Source: the human T2T-CHM13v2.0 reference genome, Homo sapiens. Taken from it: 64,000 nucleotides of DNA. The stretch lies in assembly GCF_009914755.1 (NCBI RefSeq), contig NC_060927.1; one strand, written 5' to 3'. Shown here piece after piece: positions 40,473 to 55,300 of this stretch. Position numbers and translations under genes: made by a program. The notes under the pieces were generated by a model. The model saw only the letters and a list, made by a program, of their open reading frames with translations, was not told the origin of the DNA and did no database searches. How positions within the stretch are numbered: the stretch's first letter is position 1; each line of letters opens with the position of its first letter.

Positions 40473-43363
40473 GCTTCAACTCTGTGACTTGAATACCCAC
40501 AACCCAAAGAAGTTACTGAGAATTCTTCTGTCTAGCATTATATGAAGAAATCCCGTTTCCAACGAAGGCCTCAAATACATCCAAATATCCAGTTGCTGAC
40601 TTTACAAACTGAGTGTTTCCAAACTGCTCTATGAAAAGAAAGGTTAAACACTGTGAGTTGAACACACACGTACCAAAGTAGTTTCTGAGAATGATTCTGT
40701 CTAGTTTGCATACGAAGATATTTCCTTTTCTACCATTGGCCTCAAAGCTCTGAAATCTCCACTTGCAAATTCCACAAAAAGAGAGTTTCAAATCTGCTGT
40801 TTCTAAAGGAAAGTTCAACTCTGAGAGTTGAATACACACCAGAAAAAGCAGTTACTGAGAAGTCTTCTGTCTAGCATTATATGAAGAAATCCCATTTCCA
40901 ACGAAGACTTCAAAGAGGTCCAAATATCCACTTGCAGATTCTGCAAAAAGAGTGTTTCGAAACAACTGTATGAAAAGAAAGGTTAAACACTGTGAGTTGA
41001 ACGCACACATTGCAAAGCGGTTTCTGAGAATGATTCCGTCTAATTATTATACGAAGGTATTTCCTTTTCTATCATTGGCCTCAAAGCGCTTGATACCTCC
41101 ACCTGAAAATTCCACAAAAAGAGTGTTTCCAATCTACTCTGTCTAAAGAAACGTTCAACTCTGTGAGTTGAATACACACACACAGAAAGAATTCACTGAG
41201 AATTCTTCTGTCTGGCATTACATGAAGAAATCCCGTTTCCAACGAAGGCCTCAAAGAGGTCCAAATATCCACTTGCAGATTCTGCAAAAAGAGTGTTTCA
41301 AAACCGCTCCATTAAAAGGAATGTTGAACTCTGTGAGTTGAATGCAAACATCACAACTCAGTTGCTGAGAATGCTTCTGACTAGATTTTATGGTAAGATA
41401 TTTCCTTTTCTACCGTAGGCTTCAATGCCCTCTAAATACACCCTTGCAAATTCTACAAAGAGACTGTTTCATAACTGCTCTATAGGAAGAAAGGTTCAAC
41501 TCTGTGAGTTGAATGCAGAGATCACAACGTGGTTTCTGCGAATGATTCTTTGTAGTTTTTACATGAAGATATTTCGTTGTCAACCGTAGGCTTCAAAGCA
41601 CTCAAAGTATTCACTTGGAACTTTTACAAAAAGAGTGTTAGAAAACTGCTCTTTCCAAAATAAGGTTCAACTCTGTGAGTTGAATGCACACATAACAATC
41701 AAGAAGTTTCTGAGAATTCTTCTGTCCTGGTTTATATGAAAAAATCCCATTTCCAACGAAGGCCTCAAAGACGTTTAAATATCCACTTGCAGACTTCACA
41801 AACAGAGGGTTTCCAAACTGCTCTATGAAAAGAAAGGTTAAACTCTGTGAGTTGAACGCACACATCACAAAGTAGCTTCTGAGAATGATACTGTCTAGTT
41901 TTTATACGAAGATATTTCCTTTCTACCATTGGCGTCAAAGCGCTAGAATTCTCCACTTGCAAATTCCACAAAAAGAGTGTTTCCAATCTGCTCTGTCTAA
42001 AGGAAGGTTCAACTCTGTGAGTTGAATACACACACACAAAGAAGCTACTGAGAATTCTTTTGTCAAGAATTACAAGAAGAAATCCCGTTTCCAACGAAGG
42101 CCTCAAAGAGTTCCAAATATCCACTTGCACACTGCACAAACTAAGTCTTTCCAAACTGCTCTATGCAAAGAAATGTTCAACTCTGTGAGTTTAATACGCA
42201 CATCACAAAGCAGTTTCTGAGAATGATACTGTCTAGTTTTTATACGAAGATATTTCCTTTTGTACCATTGGCCTCATACTGCTAGAATTTTCCACTTGCA
42301 AATTCCACAAAAAGAGTGTTTCCAATCCGCTCTGTCTAAAGGAAGGTTCAACTCTCTGATTTGAATACATACATCCCAAAAGAAGTTACTGAGAATTCTT
42401 CTGTCTAGCATTATGTGAAGAAATCCCGTTTCCAATGAAAGCCTCAAAGAGGTCCAAATATCCAGTTGCAGAATTTACAAACTGACTGTTTCCAAACTCA
42501 TCTATGAAAAGAAAGGTTAAACTCTGGGAGTTGAATGCACATATCACAAAGTAGTTCCTGAGAATGATTCTGTCTAGTTTTCATACGAAGATATTTCCTT
42601 TTCCACCAATGGCCTCAAAGTGCTTGAAATCTCCCCTTGCAAATTCCACAGACAAGTGTTTCAAATCTGCACTGTCTAAAGGAAGGTTCAACCCTGTGAG
42701 TTGAATACACACACACAGAAAAAAATTCACTGAGAATTCTATTGTCTATCATTACACGAAGAAATCCCGTTTACTACGAAGGCCTCAAAGAGGTCCAAAT
42801 ATCCAGCTGCAGACATTACAAACTGAGTGTTTCCAAAGTGCTCTATGAAAAGAAGTGTTAAACACTGTGAGTTCAATGCACACATCCCAAAGCAGTTTCT
42901 GAGAATGATTCCGTCTATTTTTTCTACGAAGATATTTCCTTTTCTGCCGTTGGCCTCAAAGCGCTTGAAATCTCCACTTGCAAATTCCACAAAAAGAGAG
43001 TTTCAAATCTGCTCTGTCTAAAGGAAGGTTCAACTCTGTGAGTTGAATACACACCACAAAAAGAAGTTACTGAGAATTCTTCTGTCTAGCATTATATGAA
43101 AAATCCCGTTTCCAACGAAGGCCACAAAGAGGTCCAAATATCCACTTGCAGATTCTGCAAAAAGAGTGTTTCCAAACTGCTCTATGAAAAGAAACGTTAA
43201 ACTCTGTGAGTTGAACGCAAACATCACAAAGTAGTTTCTGAGAATGACTCCGTCTAGTTTTTATACGAAGATATTTCCTTTCCTACCATTCACTTCAAAG
43301 CGCTTGAAGTCTCCCCCTGAAAATTCCACAAAAAGTGTTTCCAATCTGCTCCGCCTAAAGGAA

Positions 43364-46300
43364 GCTTCAACTCTGTGACTTGAATACCCACAACCCAAAG
43401 AAGTTACTGAGAATTCTTCTGTCTAGCATTATATGAAGAAATCCCGTTTCCAACGAAGGCCTCAAATACATCCAAATATCCAGTTGCTGACTTTACAAAC
43501 TGAGTGTTTCCAAACTGCTCTATGAAAAGAAAGGTTAAACACTGTGAGTTGAACACACACGTACCAAAGTAGTTTCTGAGAATGATTCTGTCTAGTTTGC
43601 ATACGAAGATATTTCCTTTTCTACCATTGGCCTCAAAGCTCTGAAATCTCCACTTGCAAATTCCACAAAAAGAGAGTTTCAAATCTGCTGTTTCTAAAGG
43701 AAAGTTCAACTCTGAGAGTTGAATACACACCAGAAAAAGCAGTTACTGAGAAGTCTTCTCTCTAGCATTGTATGAAGAAATCCCATTTCCAACGAAGACT
43801 TCAAAGAGGTCCAAATATCCACTTGCAGATTCTGCAAAAAGAGTGTTTCGAAACAACTGTATGAAAAGAAAGGTTAAACACTGTGAGTTGAACGCACACA
43901 TTGCAAAGCAGTTTCTGAGAATGATTCCGTCTAATTATTATACGAAGGTATTTCCTTTTCTATCATTGGCCTCAAAGCGCTTGATACCTCCACCTGAAAA
44001 TTCCACAAAAAGAGTGTTTCCAATCTACTCTGTCTAAAGGAACGTTCAACTCTGTGAGTTGAATACACACACACAGAAAGAATTCACTGAGAATTCTTCT
44101 GTCTGGCATTACATGAAGAAATCCCGTTTCCAACGAAGGCCTCAAAGAGGTCCAAATATCCACTTGCAGATTCTGCAAAAAGAGTGTTTCAAAACCGCTC
44201 CATTAAAAGGAATGTTGAACTCTGTGAGTTGAATGCAAACATCACAACTCAGTTGCTGAGAATGCTTCTGACTAGATTTTATGGTAAGATATTTCCTTTT
44301 CTACCGTAGGCTTCAATGCCCTCTAAATACACCCTTGCAAATTCTACAAAGAGACTGTTTCATAACTGCTCTATAGGAAGAAAGGTTCAACTCTGTGAGT
44401 TGAATGCAGAGATCACAACGTGGTTTCTGCGAATGATTCTTTGTAGTTTTTACATGAAGATATTTCGTTGTCAACCGTAGGCTTCAAAGCACTCAAAGTA
44501 TTCACTTGGAACTTTTACAAAAAGAGTGTTAGAAAACTGCTCTTTCCAAAGTAAGGTTCAACTCTGTGAGTTGAATGCACACATAACAATCAAGAAGTTT
44601 CTGAGAATTCTTCTGTCCTGGTTTATATGAAGAAATCCCGTTTCCAACGAAGGCCTCAAAGACGTTTAAATATCCACTTTCAGACTTCACAAACAGAGGG
44701 TTTCCAAACTGCTCTATGAAAAGAAAGGTTAAACTCTGTGAGTTGAACGCACACATCACAAAGTAGCTTCTGAGAATGATACTGTCTAGTTTTTATACGA
44801 AGATATTTCCTTTCTACCATTGGCGTCAAAGCGCTAGAATTCTCCACTTGCAAATTCCACAAAAAGAGTGTTTCCAATCTGCTCTGTCTAAAGGAAGGTT
44901 CAACTCTGTGAGTTGAATACACACACACAAAGAAGCTACTGAGAATTCTTTTGTCAAGAATTATAAGAAGAAATCCCGTTTCCAACGAAGGCCTCAAAGA
45001 GTTCCAAATATCCACTTGCACACTGCACAAACTAAGTCTTTCCAAACTGCTCTATGCAAAGAAATGTTCAACTCTGTGAGTTTAATACACACATCACAAA
45101 GCAGTTTCTGAGAATGATACTGTCTAGTTTTTATACGAAGATATTTCCTTTTGTACCATTGGCCTCATACTGCTAGAATTTTCCACTTGCAAATTCCACA
45201 AAAAGAGTGTTTCCAATCCGCTCTGTCTAAAGGAAGGTTCAACTCTCTGATTTGAATACATACATCCCAAAAGAAGTTACTGAGAATTCTTCTGTCTAGC
45301 ATTATGTGAAGAAATCCCGTTTCCAACGAAAGCCTCAAAGAGGTCCAAATATCCAGTTGCAGAATTTACAAACTGACTGTTTCCAAACTCATCTATGAAA
45401 AGAAAGGTTAAACTCTGGGAGTTGAATGCACATATCACAAAGTAGTTCCTGAGAATGATTCTGTCTAGTTTTCATACGAAGATATTTCCTTTTCCACCAA
45501 TGGCCTCAAAGTGCTTGAAATCTCCCCTTGCAAATTCCACAGACAAGTGTCTCAAATCTGCACTGTCTAAAGGAAGGTTCAACCCTGTGAGTTGAATACA
45601 CACACACAGAAAAAAATTCACTGAGAATTCTATTGTCTATCATTACACGAAGAAATCCCGTTTACTACGAAGGCCTCAAAGAGGTCCAAATATCCAGCTG
45701 CAGACATTGCAAACTGAGTGTTTCCAAAGTGCTCTATGAAAAGAAGTGTTAAACACTGTGAGTTCAATGCACACATCCCAAAGCAGTTTCTGAGAATGAT
45801 TCCGTCTATTTTTTCTACGAAGATATTTCCTTTTCTGCCGTTGGCCTCAAAGCGCTTGAAATCTCCACTTGCAAATTCCACAAAAAGAGAGTTTCAAATC
45901 TGCTCTGTCTAAAGGAAGGTTCAACTCTGTGAGTTGAATACACACCACAAAAAGAAGTTACTGAGAATTCTTCTGTCTAGCATTATATGAAAAATCCCGT
46001 TTCCAACGAAGGCCACAAAGAGGTCCAAATATCCACTTGCAGATTCTGCAAAAAGAGTGTTTCCAAACTGCTCTATGAAAAGAAACGTTAAACTCTGTGA
46101 GTTGAACGCAAACATCACAAAGTAGTTTCTGAGAATGACTCCGTCTAGTTTTTATACGAAGATATTTCCTTTCCTACCATTCACTTCAAAGCGCTTGAAG
46201 TCTCCCCCTGAAAATTCCACAAAAAGTGTTTCCAATCTGCTCCGCCTAAAGGAAGCTTCAACTCTGTGACTTGAATACCCACAACCCAAAGAAGTTACTG

Positions 46301-49300
46301 AGAATTCTTCTGTCTAGCATTATATGAAGAAATCCCGTTTCCAACGAAGGCCTCAAATACATCCAAATATCCAGTTGCTGACTTTACAAACTGAGTGTTT
46401 CCAAACTGCTCTATGAAAAGAAAGGTTAAACACTGTGAGTTGAACACACACGTACCAAAGTAGTTTCTGAGAATGATTCTGTCTAGTTTGCATACGAAGA
46501 TATTTCCTTTTCTACCATTGGCCTCAAAGCTCTGAAATCTCCACTTGCAAATTCCACAAAAAGAGAGTTTCAAATCTGCTGTTTCTAAAGGAAAGTTCAA
46601 CTCTGAGAGTTGAATACACACCAGAAAAAGCAGTTACTGAGAAGTCTTCTGTCTAGCATTATATGAAGAAATCCCATTTCCAACGAAGACTTCAAACAGG
46701 TCCAAATATCCACTTGCAGATTCTGCAAAAAGAGTGTTTCGAAACAACTGTATGAAAAGAAAGGTTAAACACTGTGAGTTGAACGCACACATTGCAAAGC
46801 AGTTTCTGAGAATGATTCCGTCTAATTATTATACGAAGGTATTTCCTTTTCTATCATTGGCCTCAAAGCGCTTGATACCTCCACCAGAAAATTCCACAAA
46901 AAGAGTGTTTCCAATCTACTCTGTCTAAAGGAACGTTCAACTCTGTGAGTTGAATACACACACACAGAAAGAATTCACTGAGAATTCTTCTGTCTGGCAT
47001 TACATGAAGAAATCCCGTTTCCAACGAAGACCTCAAAGAGGTCCAAATATCCACTTGCAGATTCTGCAAAAAGAGTGTTTCAAAACCGCTCCATTAAAAG
47101 GAATGTTGAACTCTGTGAGTTGAATGCAAACATCACAACTCAGTTGCTGAGAATGCTTCTGACTAGATTTTATGGTAAGATATTTCCTTTTCTACCGTAG
47201 GCTTCAATGCCCTCTAAATACACCCTTGCAAATTCTACAAAGAGACTGTTTCATAACTGCTCTATAGGAAGAAAGGTTCAACTCTGTGAGTTGAATGCAG
47301 AGATCACAACGTGGTTTCTGCGAATGATTCTTTGTAGTTTTTACATGAAGATATTTCGTTGTCAACCGTAGGCTTCAAAGCACTCAAAGTATTCACTTGG
47401 AACTTTTACAAAAAGAGTGTTAGAAAACTGCTCTTTCCAAAGTAAGGTTCAACTCTGTGAGTTGAATGCACACATAACAATCAAGAAGTTTCTGAGAATT
47501 CTTCTGTCCTGGTTTATATGAAGAAATCCCGTTTCCAACGAAGGCCTCAAAGACGTTTAAATATCCACTTGCAGACTTCACAAACAGAGGGTTTCCAAAC
47601 TGCTCTATGAAAAGAAAGGTTAAACTCTGTGAGTTGAACGCACACATCACAAAGTAGCTTCTGAGAATGATACTGTCTAGTTTTTATACGAAGATATTTC
47701 CTTTCTACCATTGGCGTCAAAGCGCTAGAATTCTCCGCTTGCAAATTCCACAAAAAGAGTGTTTCCAATCTGCTCTGTCTAAAGGAAGGTTCAACTCTGT
47801 GAGTTGAATACACACACACAAAGAAGCTACTGAGAATTCTTTTGTCAAGAATTATAAGAAGAAATCCCGTTTCCAACGAAGGCCTCAAAGAGTTCCAAAT
47901 ATCCACTTGCACACTGCACAAACTAAGTCTTTCCAAACTGCTCTATGCAAAGAAATGTTCAACTCTGTGAGTTTAATACACACATCACAAAGCAGTTTCT
48001 GAGAATGATACTGTCTAGTTTTTATACGAAGATATTTCCTTTTGTACCATTGGCCTCATACTGCTAGAATTTTCCACTTGCAAATTCCACAAAAAGAGTG
48101 TTTCCAATCCGCTCTGTCTAAAGGAAGGTTCAACTCTCTGATTTGAATACATACATCCCAAAAGAAGTTACTGAGAATTCTTCTGTCTAGCATTATGTGA
48201 AGAAATCCCGTTTCCAACGAAAGCCTCAAAGAGGTCCAAATATCCAGTTGCAGAATTTACAAACTGACTGTTTCCAAACTCATCTATGAAAAGAAAGGTT
48301 AAACTCTGGGAGTTGAATGCACATATCACAAAGTAGTTCCTGAGAATGATTCTGTCTAGTTTTCATACGAAGATATTTCCTTTTCCACCAATGGCCTCAA
48401 AGTGCTTGAAATCTCCCCTTGCAAATTCCACAGACAAGTGTCTCAAATCTGCACTGTCTAAAGGAAGGTTCAACCCTGTGAGTTGAATACACACACACAG
48501 AAAAAAATTCACTGAGAATTCTATTGTCTATCATTACACGAAGAAATCCCGTTTACTACGAAGGCCTCAAAGAGGTCCAAATATCCAGCTGCAGACATTG
48601 CAAACTGAGTGTTTCCAAAGTGCTCTATGAAAAGAAGTGTTAAACACTGTGAGTTCAATGCACACATCCCAAAGCAGTTTCTGAGAATGATTCCGTCTAT
48701 TTTTTCTACGAAGATATTTCCTTTTCTGCCGTTGGCCTCAAAGCGCTTGAAATCTCCACTTGCAAATTCCACAAAAAGAGAGTTTCAAATCTGCTCTGTC
48801 TAAAGGAAGGTTCAACTCTGTGAGTTGAATACACACCACAAAAAGAAGTTACTGAGAATTCTTCTGTCTAGCATTATATGAAAAATCCCGTTTCCAACGA
48901 AGGCCACAAAGAGGTCCAAATATCCACTTGCAGATTCTGCAAAAAGAGTGTTTCCAAACTGCTCTATGAAAAGAAACGTTAAACTCTGTGAGTTGAACGC
49001 AAACATCACAAAGTAGTTTCTGAGAATGACTCCGTCTAGTTTTTATACGAAGATATTTCCTTTCCTACCATTCACTTCAAAGCGCTTGAAGTCTCCCCCT
49101 GAAAATTCCACAAAAAGTGTTTCCAATCTGCTCCGCCTAAAGGAAGCTTCAACTCTGTGACTTGAATACCCACAACCCAAAGAAGTTACTGAGAATTCTT
49201 CTGTCTAGCATTATATGAAGAAATCCCGTTTCCAACGAAGGCCTCAAATACATCCAAATATCCAGTTGCTGACTTTACAAACTGAGTGTTTCCAAACTGC

Positions 49301-52300
49301 TCTATGAAAAGAAAGGTTAAACACTGTGAGTTGAACACACACGTACCAAAGTAGTTTCTGAGAATGATTCTGTCTAGTTTGCATACGAAGATATTTCCTT
49401 TTCTACCATTGGCCTCAAAGCTCTGAAATCTCCACTTGCAAATTCCACAAAAAGAGAGTTTCAAATCTGCTGTTTCTAAAGGAAAGTTCAACTCTGAGAG
49501 TTGAATACACACCAGAAAAAGCAGTTACTGAGAAGTCTTCTGTCTAGCATTATATGAAGAAATCCCATTTCCAACGAAGACTTCAAACAGGTCCAAATAT
49601 CCACTTGCAGATTCTGCAAAAAGAGTGTTTCGAAACAACTGTATGAAAAGAAAGGTTAAACACTGTGAGTTGAACGCACACATTGCAAAGCAGTTTCTGA
49701 GAATGATTCCGTCTAATTATTATACGAAGGTATTTCCTTTTCTATCATTGGCCTCAAAGCGCTTGATACCTCCACCTGAAAATTCCACAAAAAGAGTGTT
49801 TCCAATCTACTCTGTCTAAAGGAACGTTCAACTCTGTGAGTTGAATACACACACACAGAAAGAATTCACTGAGAATTCTTCTGTCTGGCATTACATGAAG
49901 AAATCCCGTTTCCAACGAAGGCCTCAAAGAGGTCCAAATATCCACTTGCAGATTCTGCAAAAAGAGTGTTTCAAAACCGCTCCATTAAAAGGAATGTTGA
50001 ACTCTGTGAGTTGAATGCAAACATCACAACTCAGTTGCTGAGAATGCTTCTGACTAGATTTTATGGTAAGATATTTCCTTTTCTACCGTAGGCTTCAATG
50101 CCCTCTAAATACACCCTTGCAAATTCTACAAAGAGACTGTTTCATAACTGCTCTATAGGAAGAAAGGTTCAACTCTGTGAGTTGAATGCAGAGATCACAA
50201 CGTGGTTTCTGCGAATGATTCTTTGTAGTTTTTACATGAAGATATTTCGTTGTCAACCGTAGGCTTCAAAGCACTCAAAGTATTCACTTGGAACTTTTAC
50301 AAAAAGAGTGTTAGAAAACTGCTCTTTCCAAAGTAAGGTTCAACTCTGTGAGTTGAATGCACACATAACAATCAAGAAGTTTCTGAGAATTCTTCTGTCC
50401 TGGTTTATATGAAGAAATCCCGTTTCCAACGAAGGCCTCAAAGACGTTTAAATATCCACTTGCAGACTTCACAAACAGAGGGTTTCCAAACTGCTCTATG
50501 AAAAGAAAGGTTAAACTCTGTGAGTTGAACGCACACATCACAAAGTAGCTTCTGAGAATGATACTGTCTAGTTTTTATACGAAGATATTTCCTTTCTACC
50601 ATTGGCGTCAAAGCGCTAGAATTCTCCGCTTGCAAATTCCACAAAAAGAGTGTTTCCAATCTGCTCTGTCTAAAGGAAGGTTCAACTCTGTGAGTTGAAT
50701 ACACACACACAAAGAAGCTACTGAGAATTCTTTTGTCAAGAATTATAAGAAGAAATCCCGTTTCCAACGAAGGCCTCAAAGAGTTCCAAATATCCACTTG
50801 CACACTGCACAAACTAAGTCTTTCCAAACTGCTCTATGCAAAGAAATGTTCAACTCTGTGAGTTTAATACACACATCACAAAGCAGTTTCTGAGAATGAT
50901 ACTGTCTAGTTTTTATACGAAGATATTTCCTTTTGTACCATTGGCCTCATACTGCTAGAATTTTCCACTTGCAAATTCCACAAAAAGAGTGTTTCCAATC
51001 CGCTCTGTCTAAAGGAAGGTTCAACTCTCTGATTTGAATACATACATCCCAAAAGAAGTTACTGAGAATTCTTCTGTCTAGCATTATGTGAAGAAATCCC
51101 GTTTCCAACGAAAGCCTCAAAGAGGTCCAAATATCCAGTTGCAGAATTTACAAACTGACTGTTTCCAAACTCATCTATGAAAAGAAAGGTTAAACTCTGG
51201 GAGTTGAATGCACATATCACAAAGTAGTTCCTGAGAATGATTCTGTCTAGTTTTCATACGAAGATATTTCCTTTTCCACCAATGGCCTCAAAGTGCTTGA
51301 AATCTCCCCTTGCAAATTCCACAGACAAGTGTCTCAAATCTGCACTGTCTAAAGGAAGGTTCAACCCTGTGAGTTGAATACACACACACAGAAAAAAATT
51401 CACTGAGAATTCTATTGTCTATCATTACACGAAGAAATCCCGTTTACTACGAAGGCCTCAAAGAGGTCCAAATATCCAGCTGCAGACATTGCAAACTGAG
51501 TGTTTCCAAAGTGCTCTATGAAAAGAAGTGTTAAACACTGTGAGTTCAATGCACACATCCCAAAGCAGTTTCTGAGAATGATTCCGTCTATTTTTTCTAC
51601 GAAGATATTTCCTTTTCTGCCGTTGGCCTCAAAGCGCTTGAAATCTCCACTTGCAAATTCCACAAAAAGAGAGTTTCAAATCTGCTCTGTCTAAAGGAAG
51701 GTTCAACTCTGTGAGTTGAATACACACCACAAAAAGAAGTTACTGAGAATTCTTCTGTCTAGCATTATATGAAAAATCCCGTTTCCAACGAAGGCCACAA
51801 AGAGGTCCAAATATCCACTTGCAGATTCTGCAAAAAGAGTGTTTCCAAACTGCTCTATGAAAAGAAACGTTAAACTCTGTGAGTTGAACGCAAACATCAC
51901 AAAGTAGTTTCTGAGAATGACTCCGTCTAGTTTTTATACGAAGATATTTCCTTTCCTACCATTCACTTCAAAGCGCTTGAAGTCTCCCCCTGAAAATTCC
52001 ACAAAAAGTGTTTCCAATCTGCTCCGCCTAAAGGAAGCTTCAACTCTGTGACTTGAATACCCACAACCCAAAGAAGTTACTGAGAATTCTTCTGTCTAGC
52101 ATTATATGAAGAAATCCCGTTTCCAACGAAGGCCTCAAATACATCCAAATATCCAGTTGCTGACTTTACAAACTGAGTGTTTCCAAACTGCTCTATGAAA
52201 AGAAAGGTTAAACACTGTGAGTTGAACACACACGTACCAAAGTAGTTTCTGAGAATGATTCTGTCTAGTTTGCATACGAAGATATTTCCTTTTCTACCAT

Positions 52301-55300
52301 TGGCCTCAAAGCTCTGAAATCTCCACTTGCAAATTCCACAAAAAGAGAGTTTCAAATCTGCTGTTTCTAAAGGAAAGTTCAACTCTGAGAGTTGAATACA
52401 CACCAGAAAAAGCAGTTACTGAGAAGTCTTCTGTCTAGCATTATATGAAGAAATCCCATTTCCAACGAAGACTTCAAAGAGGTCCAAATATCCACTTGCA
52501 GATTCTGCAAAAAGAGTGTTTCGAAACAACTGTATGAAAAGAAAGGTTAAACACTGTGAGTTGAACGCACACATTGCAAAGCAGTTTCTGAGAATGATTC
52601 CGTCTAATTATTATACGAAGGTATTTCCTTTTCTATCATTGGCCTCAAAGCGCTTGATACCTCCACCTGAAAATTCCACAAAAAGAGTGTTTCCAATCTA
52701 CTCTGTCTAAAGGAACGTTCAACTCTGTGAGTTGAATACACACACACAGAAAGAATTCACTGAGAATTCTTCTGTCTGGCATTACATGAAGAAATCCCGT
52801 TTCCAACGAAGGCCTCAAAGAGGTCCAAATATCCACTTGCAGATTCTGCAAAAAGAGTGTTTCAAAACCGCTCCATTAAAAGGAATGTTGAACTCTGTGA
52901 GTTGAATGCAAACATCACAACTCAGTTGCTGAGAATGCTTCTGACTAGATTTTATGGTAAGATATTTCCTTTTCTACCGTAGGCTTCAATGCCCTCTAAA
53001 TACACCCTTGCAAATTCTACAAAGAGACTGTTTCATAACTGCTCTATAGGAAGAAAGGTTCAACTCTGTGAGTTGAATGCAGAGATCACAACGTGGTTTC
53101 TGCGAATGATTCTTTGTAGTTTTTACATGAAGATATTTCGTTGTCAACCGTAGGCTTCAAAGCACTCAAAGTATTCACTTGGAACTTTTACAAAAAGAGT
53201 GTTAGAAAACTGCTCTTTCCAAAGTAAGGTTCAACTCTGTGAGTTGAATGCACACATAACAATCAAGAAGTTTCTGAGAATTCTTCTGTCCTGGTTTATA
53301 TGAAGAAATCCCGTTTCCAACGAAGGCCTCAAAGACGTTTAAATATCCACTTGCAGACTTCACAAACAGAGGGTTTCCAAACTGCTCTATGAAAAGAAAG
53401 GTTAAACTCTGTGAGTTGAACGCACACATCACAAAGTAGCTTCTGAGAATGATACTGTCTAGTTTTTATACGAAGATATTTCCTTTCTACCATTGGCGTC
53501 AAAGCGCTAGAATTCTCCGCTTGCAAATTCCACAAAAAGAGTGTTTCCAATCTGCTCTGTCTAAAGGAAGGTTCAACTCTGTGAGTTGAATACACACACA
53601 CAAAGAAGCTACTGAGAATTCTTTTGTCAAGAATTATAAGAAGAAATCCCGTTTCCAACGAAGGCCTCAAAGAGTTCCAAATATCCACTTGCACACTGCA
53701 CAAACTAAGTCTTTCCAAACTGCTCTATGCAAAGAAATGTTCAACTCTGTGAGTTTAATACACACATCACAAAGCAGTTTCTGAGAATGATACTGTCTAG
53801 TTTTTATACGAAGATATTTCCTTTTGTACCATTGGCCTCATACTGCTAGAATTTTCCACTTGCAAATTCCACAAAAAGAGTGTTTCCAATCCGCTCTGTC
53901 TAAAGGAAGGTTCAACTCTCTGATTTGAATACATACATCCCAAAAGAAGTTACTGAGAATTCTTCTGTCTAGCATTATGTGAAGAAATCCCGTTTCCAAC
54001 GAAAGCCTCAAAGAGGTCCAAATATCCAGTTGCAGAATTTACAAACTGACTGTTTCCAAACTCATCTATGAAAAGAAAGGTTAAACTCTGGGAGTTGAAT
54101 GCACATATCACAAAGTAGTTCCTGAGAATGATTCTGTCTAGTTTTCATACGAAGATATTTCCTTTTCCACCAATGGCCTCAAAGTGCTTGAAATCTCCCC
54201 TTGCAAATTCCACAGACAAGTGTCTCAAATCTGCACTGTCTAAAGGAAGGTTCAACCCTGTGAGTTGAATACACACACACAGAAAAAAATTCACTGAGAA
54301 TTCTATTGTCTATCATTACACGAAGAAATCCCGTTTACTACGAAGGCCTCAAAGAGGTCCAAATATCCAGCTGCAGACATTGCAAACTGAGTGTTTCCAA
54401 AGTGCTCTATGAAAAGAAGTGTTAAACACTGTGAGTTCAATGCACACATCCCAAAGCAGTTTCTGAGAATGATTCCGTCTATTTTTTCTACGAAGATATT
54501 TCCTTTTCTGCCGTTGGCCTCAAAGCGCTTGAAATCTCCACTTGCAAATTCCACAAAAAGAGAGTTTCAAATCTGCTCTGTCTAAAGGAAGGTTCAACTC
54601 TGTGAGTTGAATACACACCACAAAAAGAAGTTACTGAGAATTCTTCTGTCTAGCATTATATGAAAAATCCCGTTTCCAACGAAGGCCACAAAGAGGTCCA
54701 AATATCCACTTGCAGATTCTGCAAAAAGAGTGTTTCCAAACTGCTCTATGAAAAGAAACGTTAAACTCTGTGAGTTGAACGCAAACATCACAAAGTAGTT
54801 TCTGAGAATGACTCCGTCTAGTTTTTATACGAAGATATTTCCTTTCCTACCATTCACTTCAAAGCGCTTGAAGTCTCCCCCTGAAAATTCCACAAAAAGT
54901 GTTTCCAATCAGCTCCGCCTAAAGGAAGCTTCAACTCTGTGACTTGAATACCCACAACCCAAAGAAGTTACTGAGAATTCTTCTGTCTAGCATTATATGA
55001 AGAAATCCCGTTTCCAACGAAGGCCTCAAATACATCCAAATATCCAGTTGCTGACTTTACAAACTGAGTGTTTCCAAACTGCTCTATGAAAAGAAAGGTT
55101 AAACACTGTGAGTTGAACACACACGTACCAAAGTAGTTTCTGAGAATGATTCTGTCTAGTTTGCATACGAAGATATTTCCTTTTCTACCATTGGCCTCAA
55201 AGCTCTGAAATCTCCACTTGCAAATTCCACAAAAAGAGAGTTTCAAATCTGCTGTTTCTAAAGGAAAGTTCAACTCTGAGAGTTGAATACACACCAGAAA

